DNA of 64,000 nucleotides from an uncultured archaeon (GTDB lineage: Archaea; Thermoplasmatota; Penumbrarchaeia; JASLWR01): NCBI GenBank assembly GCA_964430885.1, contig CAYSHM010000003.1:64001-128000 (forward strand), written 5' to 3'. Shown here one piece after another: positions 38,829 to 47,301 of this stretch. The notes below the pieces were generated by a model. It saw only the letters and a list, made by a program, of their open reading frames with translations, had not been told where the DNA came from and made no database searches. Numbering within the stretch: position 1 is the stretch's first letter; every line of letters begins with the position of its first letter. A program made the position numbers and the translations under genes.

Positions 38829-39476
38829 ATGGCTTCCGAAATAATGGAAAATGTCAAACCTACCAGAATGGAACTCCTCAAGCTCAGAAAGAAATATAAA
38901 CTTGCTGAGAAGGGGCATAAACTGCTGGGTGAGAAAAGAGATGCCCTTGTAGTGGAGTTCATGAAGGTAATTAAAAAACGGGGTAGCCTGCGTTTCAAGG
39001 CCAAGGAGTCACTCCAGAGGGGTTACCGTTCATTGGCCCGCTCCAAGATGACATTAGGAGGGATCAGGGTCGAGGAATTGCTGAAAAGCATGGAATGGAA
39101 AATGGAACTGGATGTCGGAAGCCTCAATATCATGGGCATTACAGTTCCAAAACTTAAACTTAATACCACTGAAGATATTGAAACAAGACTATCACTTCTT
39201 GATTCCAACAGTTATTTGGACGAAGCAAAAAGGGATATGGAGGAAGCATTCAAAAAACTCGTACTTCTCGCCGAAGTGGAGGGCACCATCGAGAGATTGG
39301 CTAGGGAGATCGAGAAAACCAAAAGACGGGTGAATGCCCTGGAATATATCTTCCTCCCCCGCATCAAATCTACCCAGAAATATATTGAAATGATGCTTCA
39401 GGAAAAGGAGAGAGAGGACTTCTTCCGAAGAAAAAAGATAAAGAACGTCATGGAAAGGGAGAAGAAAAACAAGTAA
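38829..39476 (+). CDS. atpD: A/V-type ATP synthase subunit D
   Basis: VKPTRMEL, GHKLL..KRDAL, EIEKTKRRVNALE, EREDFFR. Confidence 0.95.
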   Translation: MASEIMENVKPTRMELLKLRKKYKLAEKGHKLLGEKRDALVVEFMKVIKKRGSLRFKAKESLQRGYRSLARSKMTLGGIRVEELLKSMEWKMELDVGSLNIMGITVPKLKLNTTEDIETRLSLLDSNSYLDEAKRDMEEAFKKLVLLAEVEGTIERLAREIEKTKRRVNALEYIFLPRIKSTQKYIEMMLQEKEREDFFRRKKIKNVMEREKKNK

Positions 39477-39484
39477 TCGAGGGA

Positions 39485-39649
39485 ATGATTTTGGACCTTA
39501 ATAATGATCCGGTGCTCCGAAAATGGAGGGCTGACCCGGAGAAGAACAGGAAACTGCATGTTATGATAACCTTTGGGCTCATATCAGCTATGGTGGGGTT
39601 GACCTTGGGCGGCATTGTACTGATTCTGATAGCAGCAGGGATTATTTGA
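39485..39649 (+). CDS. Small 54-aa single-TM protein (not in ORF track)
   Basis: GAGGG, then MILDLNNDPVLRKWRADPEKNRKLHVMITFGLISAMVGLTLGGIVLILIAAGII*; starts 8 nt after the atpD stop. Confidence 0.65.
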   Translation: MILDLNNDPVLRKWRADPEKNRKLHVMITFGLISAMVGLTLGGIVLILIAAGII

Positions 39650-39719
39650 TCCATGATATGGAATCACAGTATTACGATAATATCCAATTGAAAAATTCTA
39701 TCTTAAAGGTGAAATTATT

Positions 39720-41603
39720 TTGGCCCGACAAACCGCAGACCAGCTGGCAAAGAAACAGCGAAACATATCGATATCTGAATTCTTTGAAAAGAACAAACAC
39801 ATATTGGGATTCAGCACCACTACAAGAGCGCTCCTGACAACAGTAAAGGAAGGAGTGGACAACGCTCTAGACGCCTGTGAGGACGCACAGATACTGCCAG
39901 ATATCTTTGTGAAAATAAATGAAGTGGAAGGCGAAAAGGACGAATATGCCATAACAATATCTGATAATGGACCGGGCATAGTTAGAAAACAGATCCCGAA
40001 GGTATATGGGAAACTGCTCTACGGCTCCAGATTCCACGCTATGAAACAGACCCGGGGCCAGCAGGGTATTGGGATAAGCGCAGCCGTCCTGTACGGGCAG
40101 CTCACCACCGGTCAGCCTACAATTATCGAATCCAAGACCGGAGAGGATATGCCTGCATACCGTATCAAGCTGACCATCGACAGCGCTACAAATTCCCCAA
40201 GAGTAATGAACAAGGAAGTAATACTCATGGAAAGACCCCATGGTACCATGTTCACCATAATACTCAAGGGGAAATATGTGAAGAACAAGAAACAATCCAT
40301 ACTGCAGTACATGAGCTCCACCGCTATTGTGAACCCTCATGCCAGATTCACATTTATTGAACCTGACGGCACTAATAACTATTTTGACAGGGTAACCGAC
40401 GAGCTCCCCCTTGAGACCAGAGAGATCAAACCGCACCCCAAGGGTGTCGAGATAGGAAGCTTCATGAAGATGGCAAAGAAGACATCTTCCTACAAGCTGA
40501 CCTCTTTTCTGGTAAATGATTTTTCAAGGATATCCTATACAACTGCTAGAAAGATCTGCAAGGAAGCAGGAGTGGAAGAAAGCTCCCGGCCTACTTACCT
40601 GAGCCTAGAAAAAATAAAGAAGCTGCTTGATGCTATTGATAAGACAAGCATAATGGCGCCCCCGACAGACTGTCTTTCTCCCATAGGGCCCGAGCTCATG
40701 AAGAAGGGGCTGAGCAAGGAGATCGATGCAAAATTTGTGTTCACCGTGTCCAGGCCGCCAAGTGTTTTTTCCGGAACTCCATTCCAGGTTGAAGCGGGAC
40801 TGGTATACGGCGGCGACATTCCTGTGGATTCCAGAATCGGTATACTGAGGTTTGCCAACAGGGTTCCCCTGCTGTATCAGTCAGGCAACTGCATCATCAC
40901 CAAAGCTATCGAGAACATAGATTGGAGGCCCTATCATCTTGAACAGAGAGGTGGAAAGGGCAAACCTATCGGCCCCGCGGTTGTCCTGGTGCATGTTGCG
41001 TCGGTCAACATTCCCTTCACATCGGAGGCAAAGGTAGCCATCTCCAATGTGGATGAGATGTCAAAGGAGATCGAGCTGGCAGTAAGGGAATGCGCAAGAC
41101 AGATGAGGTCAAACATCAAAAGGAACAAGAAACTGAAGAAGACGGAGAAAAAATTCGACCTCATACAGGAAGTGCTGCCTGAAATAGCTCGAAAATCTGC
41201 GGAGATAATAGAGAAACCAATGCCTCCAATAGGAAAAGTCATATCAAAGATAATGACAGTGATAACCGTAGAGGACAATATCGAGCACCTCAAGGATACT
41301 ACATCCTCCATGGGCAAATGGGTATCGAGGTCGCACATCTCGGTCAATAATTATACAACAGCTAACAAATCCATTGACATACTGGTTAAGATACCCAAAG
41401 GACAAGTGACTAATGTGGAACCTGCTCCAGTCAAAAACGATGGGGATGTATTGGTCTGGGAGATCTCAGACCTTCCTCCGGCCGGATCCACACACCTGAA
41501 GTTCGAGCTTAGCGGTCTGGACAAGGGTGATCACAAGCAGAACGAGATATTATATATGGGCACTCGAAGCTATGTGATAGGAGCCAAAAAACTGCACATA
41601 TGA
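39720..41603 (+). CDS. top6B: DNA topoisomerase VI subunit B
   Basis: ISISEFFEKN, KEGVDNALDA, DNGPG, RGQQGIG, RFANRVPL. Confidence 0.97.
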   Translation: MARQTADQLAKKQRNISISEFFEKNKHILGFSTTTRALLTTVKEGVDNALDACEDAQILPDIFVKINEVEGEKDEYAITISDNGPGIVRKQIPKVYGKLLYGSRFHAMKQTRGQQGIGISAAVLYGQLTTGQPTIIESKTGEDMPAYRIKLTIDSATNSPRVMNKEVILMERPHGTMFTIILKGKYVKNKKQSILQYMSSTAIVNPHARFTFIEPDGTNNYFDRVTDELPLETREIKPHPKGVEIGSFMKMAKKTSSYKLTSFLVNDFSRISYTTARKICKEAGVEESSRPTYLSLEKIKKLLDAIDKTSIMAPPTDCLSPIGPELMKKGLSKEIDAKFVFTVSRPPSVFSGTPFQVEAGLVYGGDIPVDSRIGILRFANRVPLLYQSGNCIITKAIENIDWRPYHLEQRGGKGKPIGPAVVLVHVASVNIPFTSEAKVAISNVDEMSKEIELAVRECARQMRSNIKRNKKLKKTEKKFDLIQEVLPEIARKSAEIIEKPMPPIGKVISKIMTVITVEDNIEHLKDTTSSMGKWVSRSHISVNNYTTANKSIDILVKIPKGQVTNVEPAPVKNDGDVLVWEISDLPPAGSTHLKFELSGLDKGDHKQNEILYMGTRSYVIGAKKLHI

Positions 41604-41723
41604 TCAAGTATCCGCAGGCCTTTTTTCATTTAACATCCTGCTAAAAAGAGATTATATTAATTTTGGATTTTAGGTGATAATTTTATACATTCAAATCTGA
41701 TTATATTATTGAAGGTGATCCCG

Positions 41724-43872
41724 ATGAAAAAAGTGTGGAGTAATTTAACGGCATACCTGATCATAGCGGTGCTTAGCCTAAGCATCTTGGGCATGGCAAG
41801 TCAGAACAACATTGGAACCCGTATCCAAAGCATATCACTATACGCATCCGGTTCTACCCTGGAGAGGTATGTGTTCGGTGACGGTGCGGAGGTGGGTATT
41901 ATAGCTCAAAAAGAGAGCGGTACAGGCGGTACAGATACGGCCAGGATAACTGATACCATGGGAAGCGAGATAATATATGTCACCCTTAATGATGACGGTG
42001 CAGGGGACGATGATACCGCTGCCGACGGGATTTATTCCGGTAATTTTACCATATCCAATGACAGGGGGACCAATGGAGCCTTCACTGACAACTCCACCGG
42101 GGTCATTGATCTGGGAGACGGAGATGGGTTCAAGGTGGAGATCGATCTGAACGGGGACGGGATCAAGGAGAACACCGCCGGTTCTGCAGATTTCTCGGCA
42201 CCAATCGTGGAAATGCACACACCTGACAACCAGTTCTATAATTCATCCTTCACCCTGAACTTCACAGTATCCGATGAGAACCTTGACCTTGATAATGTGG
42301 GATACCGCCTGGATAACGGGCCTTTGGTAAAACTCCAGCCTGTAAATATCACAAGACTTTCCGGAAGAGGAGGTTTCACTTCCTACAGCTATCTCGCAGA
42401 TATCGACTGCACAAATGATACCGAGGGAAAACATACTGTCGATGTAGAAGCACAGGATATGGCCTGGAACATCAATCCGCCAGTCCAGGTCGATATCAAT
42501 GTGGACCACACCGCTCCTTGAAGCAGATCTCCCTTTTGATGGAGGGTACGTTGCCGGAAATCTCACGCTGACGCTCACACTTAGTTATTCAAGCTCCGGT
42601 GGTGAAGAGGTCCCCATGGGAGATGAGACAGTTGAATACACCATTGACGGCGGTCCGAGAGTGCCTTTTCAGAAGATCGGGGAGCACACCTATCAATCGG
42701 TGATCGATACGACAAAGCTGACCGAGAGAGACCACACGCTTACAATATGGGTAACCGATGCAGCGGGAAACACATGGTACAAAACAGAGACCATTACCGT
42801 AGATAATACTATCCCGAATATTACTATCGATGAACTATACCAGAATATTTATGGCGATATTGACGGAAGCTGGATGGTCAATGATACGAATATTGACAAG
42901 GAATCCATGAAATGGAGATATGATGCAAATGACTGGTATACGGTTCCATGGAACGAGGATACTCCAGGTACGTGGGGTATAATTATGCCATTAACTGATA
43001 TCGGGGACGGCCAGCATGTTTTCGATTTCTATGCTTCAGATCTAGCCGGAAACTCATTCATGTTCAGCCAGTACATCAACCTTGTATCACCTCCTGAACC
43101 GGTAGAGGATTATTGGTACTTCTTTACTGAGGAAGGAGGATTTGAGGCTGGAACCAACACGTCCGTTGATGATGGAGATATCATGGCTGCAGTTCTGGAT
43201 TTTGATGGAACGGGGCCTGATCTGAACCCCGAGATTGACATGATAGGAGACGAAGGGAATAATTTCGGCATATTTGAACCAGGAAATTACTATCTATGGA
43301 TACAACCCATTAGAGAAGGTGTTCTTGGACCCCTCACTACGTTTCCCTTTGTGGTTCCCGCACCAAGCCTGGAAGATTTTCAAATAGGAGATTACATCAT
43401 AACTACGGAGAATCCAACGGAAGGGGACGATATTATTGTAACAGTCCCCATAGATTATTCAGGCGTGCTGCCTGTTGATGTCATTCTGGACCTTTACGAT
43501 GGCGAAAACCTTGTTGCCAGCGAAGAGATTACCGTACCCGGATCAGGACCTGAGGATTGGTCGCATGTTGACGCACAATGCACTTGGGAGGACGTTCCTT
43601 CTGGTGAACATCATCTTTCTATGTGCGTAAGATCAGATGAGTTTGAAGAGGCGATCTGTACCGAACCCTTGGATGATGATCCTGATTGGGTCTATTACAT
43701 AGATGAAAATGATGATGAGAATGATACCCAATATGATCCTGACGATTACATCTTCGAACCTGATGAGGAGGAGAAGAAAGATGAGCCTGGTTTTACTGCC
43801 GGTATTTTGTTCTTATGTATTTTCATCATCGTTTCACTGGGATATATTAAGAATAGGAAGAAAAATAAATAA
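41724..43872 (+). pseudogene. Surface protein (choice-of-anchor-X-like, Big/Ig repeats, CARDB-like, PGF-CTERM) split by a frameshift near 42515
   Basis: ORF 41724-42521 has the signal peptide and ends VDHTAP*. The +1 frame continues LLEADLPFDG to the PGF-CTERM at 43872 and has no signal peptide of its own. Confidence 0.75.
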
Positions 43873-43897
43873 AAATCCCTGCACATAGAGGCAATTC

Positions 43898-45304
43898 ATG
43901 AAAAAAACAGCTTTTAGACCTGGCGGCCAAATCTTGGTATTATCAATGATATTCACAATATGTTTTATTTCCAGCCCCTCGATCCTTGAAGCAATTCAAG
44001 GTGAAACTTCCTTTCCTCCATATCATGTGCATCTAAGTTGGACGGATGATCCTGCAACCAGTATGACAATTCTATGGAGGACGGAAAGCCAAACCGAATC
44101 CATAGTGAAGTACTCCAAGATTGATGAGGCGGTCAATATAGTCAATGGAACTGTTTTCAAACCTCAATGGGACAACAGCTACATACACACAGTTCATCTC
44201 AATAACCTTGAATCAGGTACGGAATATTCCTACATGTGCGGCAGTTCCGCAGGATGGAGCCCTGAATATTATTTCATTACAGCCCCTGCCGAACAAGAAA
44301 CATTTTCTTTCCTTCTTGCCGGAGATTCCAGGAACAAGGGTTACAACGATCCGTCATTGGAGGATTGGGAGGCTGTTGTAAGAGCAATGAGAGAGGATAT
44401 GGGTTCCCATGAAGGGGGATACGATTTCTTTCATTTCATCGGTGACAACATATACGATGGAAGTCAGAATCATGTCTGGAATTCCTGGCTGGATATTCTT
44501 GGGATAATATCCGACGGCATACCTTTCATGGAATCAGCAGGCAACCATGAATATGTATACAAGACTTCCACCCCTCACCCACAATACCTTGATCTGTTCG
44601 AGCATCCAAAAAATGAACTTTGGTATTCATATAACTACTCTAGTGCACATATAATAAGCATAGCTACTGACCACCCATTCACTACTGGAACGCCACAGTA
44701 CCAATGGTTGAAAGATGATCTGATTAAGTCTTCAGGCGATGAGAAACGATCCTGGATACTGGTTATGCTGCACAGACCTCCTTTCACTTCAGTTGATGAA
44801 GGGAACGAAGACATTCAGAACCACCTATGCCCTTTATTTGAGGAATACGGTGTGGACATGGTATTTGCAGGTCACGAACACATCTATGAGAGATTCTATC
44901 CCTTGGACTGCAGCGGCAATATTGTTGACCAAAACAGGACATATTATGAAGAACTGTCCGCACCAGTCTATGTTGTAGACGGATGCGCGGGTGCACCTCA
45001 GTATCACGGAACTCCTAAAAATTGGACCGTCCATATGGAAAACAGACTGGGTTATTCAAGAGTGACAATATATGAAAACGGAACATTCCATTTCCAGCAT
45101 ATCAGTCTTACCGGTTCAGGTACTGAAGTTGTGGATGAATTCTATATCAATCGTTTCCATCAGGATAATTCCCGGATAATAGATGAAAATTCTGATGAAG
45201 ATAAAGGGTTCGCACTGATCCCCTTATTGGTCACTGGTGCAGTTCTAGTTTTCTGTATAGTATTGATTGTGTTGATGACCAAGAGGAAAAAAAATCCAAA
45301 TTAG
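43898..45304 (+). CDS. Purple-acid-phosphatase-family metallophosphoesterase, membrane anchored
   Basis: FN3-like N-domain (HVHLSW, HTVHL..L), GD, GDNIY, GNHE, HRP, GHEH.YER; C-terminal TM. Confidence 0.9.
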   Translation: MKKTAFRPGGQILVLSMIFTICFISSPSILEAIQGETSFPPYHVHLSWTDDPATSMTILWRTESQTESIVKYSKIDEAVNIVNGTVFKPQWDNSYIHTVHLNNLESGTEYSYMCGSSAGWSPEYYFITAPAEQETFSFLLAGDSRNKGYNDPSLEDWEAVVRAMREDMGSHEGGYDFFHFIGDNIYDGSQNHVWNSWLDILGIISDGIPFMESAGNHEYVYKTSTPHPQYLDLFEHPKNELWYSYNYSSAHIISIATDHPFTTGTPQYQWLKDDLIKSSGDEKRSWILVMLHRPPFTSVDEGNEDIQNHLCPLFEEYGVDMVFAGHEHIYERFYPLDCSGNIVDQNRTYYEELSAPVYVVDGCAGAPQYHGTPKNWTVHMENRLGYSRVTIYENGTFHFQHISLTGSGTEVVDEFYINRFHQDNSRIIDENSDEDKGFALIPLLVTGAVLVFCIVLIVLMTKRKKNPN

Positions 45305-45828
45305 CTCGGCCGTCTTAGTAAATAGCACACAACAGCCACCGCCAATATTGAACCAGCAAGGTGAAGTTCCACAAAACCAGGTACACCTTCGGATGAACCT
45401 CTTTTGACACCGCCCTCAAAGGGGATATCTCTAAGCTCAGATACCTCATTACCTTGTGAATCCGATGCCGTTATTGTGATCTTTAAGGGTGAATAACAAT
45501 CATCTTTAATGGAGGAGAAACCCCTGTATACAAATGTATTATTCGTTCTGTCAACCATATCGGCCGGGAATGTTATCTCAGAAGAAGACCCTCCGTACTC
45601 ACGGGGTTCAGGGGATTCCAGATAACTAGTGACATTGACCCCGGTTATGTTGTTATCTGAAGTTATCTCAATAAATATATCTACATTAGTCTCAGGGTCA
45701 GGCACCTCCGGTTCCCAATAAACCCTGGTGATAGTCATTTCCCCTCTTACAACGGGAAAAATCAATACTATAAATATCATTGAAATCAATGAAGTTAACG
45801 ATATAATGCTCTTTCTCACTATGATCAC
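45301..45828 (-). CDS. Small Ig-like PGF-CTERM surface protein
   Basis: Signal peptide; ends VPGF-hydrophobic-RR. Confidence 0.75.
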   Translation of the reverse strand: MIIVRKSIISLTSLISMIFIVLIFPVVRGEMTITRVYWEPEVPDPETNVDIFIEITSDNNITGVNVTSYLESPEPREYGGSSSEITFPADMVDRTNNTFVYRGFSSIKDDCYSPLKITITASDSQGNEVSELRDIPFEGGVKRGSSEGVPGFVELHLAGSILAVAVVCYLLRRPS

Positions 45829-45894
45829 CTGTAAAGAATTTTATTGGAAATTAGAATCCCCCATTTTATAAATAATTATTACAGAAATAAATAA

Positions 45895-46647
45895 TTACAC
45901 ATTCCCAAATGTATCAATCTTCACCAGTACATCCTCCATCACGTCCCCTGCATCCTCCCTGAACAGCAAATCGGCCTGATGATCATAGGGGGTATCCCCA
46001 TGGTTGATCATCACAAGTTTGGCTCCGTTATCAAGAGCATGGGCTGGTATATCAGCTGCGGGGGTAACAACAAGGGATGAACCTACAACAACAAAAAGCT
46101 CACAGATTTCGGAATGGTGAAAGGCAAGGGACATTTCTTTCTCAGGCAGCGGATCCCCGAAATTTACAACACTGGACATTAACCTGCCACTGCATTCCGA
46201 ACATTTGGGCTGACCCTTTTTTGGTTCCTGCGTCCTGTAACCCTGCCCCCATCTTGACTTGTCCCAACCCGCATCCCTAAAGGATAGTTGATTATCGCAG
46301 CCCATACACCTCATGAGAGCATGGTTTCCGTGTAGTTCTGCTATTATATCAGGATCAATTCCGGACCTAAGATGCAGGTTATCAACATTCTGGGAAATGA
46401 GAAAGGCCAAAAGGCTTCTATTTTGGAGCTCCACCAATGCATAGTGGGCACGGTTAGGTCGAACCTGGTTGATGGGTTTTGATCTAGGAGGGGGCAGACC
46501 CTTGTCCCTCCTTGTCCAAACGCCGTCGGGTCCCCTGTAATCCGCCAATCCCGATTCGGTACTGATACCGGCTCCAGTGAAAAATACTGCGGATCGGGAA
46601 TTATAAATCCAGTCTGCAAGAAGCCATAATTTCTTAAAATATTCCAT
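45895..46647 (-). CDS. Sir2-family NAD-dependent deacylase
   Basis: GAGISTESG..DYRGPDGVWT, SQNVDNLH, ELHGN, two CxxC, GSSL.V.PA. Confidence 0.93.
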   Translation of the reverse strand: MEYFKKLWLLADWIYNSRSAVFFTGAGISTESGLADYRGPDGVWTRRDKGLPPPRSKPINQVRPNRAHYALVELQNRSLLAFLISQNVDNLHLRSGIDPDIIAELHGNHALMRCMGCDNQLSFRDAGWDKSRWGQGYRTQEPKKGQPKCSECSGRLMSSVVNFGDPLPEKEMSLAFHHSEICELFVVVGSSLVVTPAADIPAHALDNGAKLVMINHGDTPYDHQADLLFREDAGDVMEDVLVKIDTFGNV

Positions 46648-46853
46648 AACGCGCAACCTTGATGAAATCTTTACCCCTACTCATCCATCATTCATTTCAA
46701 TTAATATTCAAGGAAAACAACTTGACGGTGAAAAATATGTTCCCTGACTGAAATCTCATCCCCTCATACATATATTACATTAGCTGATAGTCATTAAATA
46801 AATTATTAATAATTTCCGTGTTCTTAGCTATATGATTCAAAAGGTGTGTTCAA

Positions 46854-47168
46854 ATGGTTAATTACTGTCCCGAATGTAAATCTATCATGTATCCAAGCAA
46901 GGATGAACCAAAGATAATCGTATGCAGAAAGTGCGGTTACAAGAGCGATTCCCGGGGGAAAGATGAGATAATCAAGACCCCCAGCAAGGACAAGGCGTTC
47001 AAGATCATCGAAGAGGAATTGGATACCCTTCCTACAATTAATGTCAACTGTCCCAAATGCGACCATGACGAGGCAAGGTATTTCATGAGGCAGACCCGGG
47101 CTGCAGACGAACCTACGACAAGATTCTATATTTGCTGTGAATGCGGACACAGATGGCGGGAATACTGA
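46854..47168 (+). CDS. tfs: Transcription factor S
   Basis: Two zinc ribbons, QTRAADEP catalytic motif. Confidence 0.96.
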   Translation: MVNYCPECKSIMYPSKDEPKIIVCRKCGYKSDSRGKDEIIKTPSKDKAFKIIEEELDTLPTINVNCPKCDHDEARYFMRQTRAADEPTTRFYICCECGHRWREY

Positions 47169-47301
47169 TGATTGAATGTCTTTGAATAACATACAATTCT
47201 AGGATCATTCAAAGGTTTGGGTCAAGCCTATTATTCCCTGCTTTATAGACTGAAAAAGACCATTTCAGATCACACCATATTCATAGAGGAGTCAGAATCA
47301 A

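Noticed and set aside
42519-42521. Selenocysteine or stop read-through at TGA
   Set aside because: The continuation is in a different frame, so read-through cannot join the halves.
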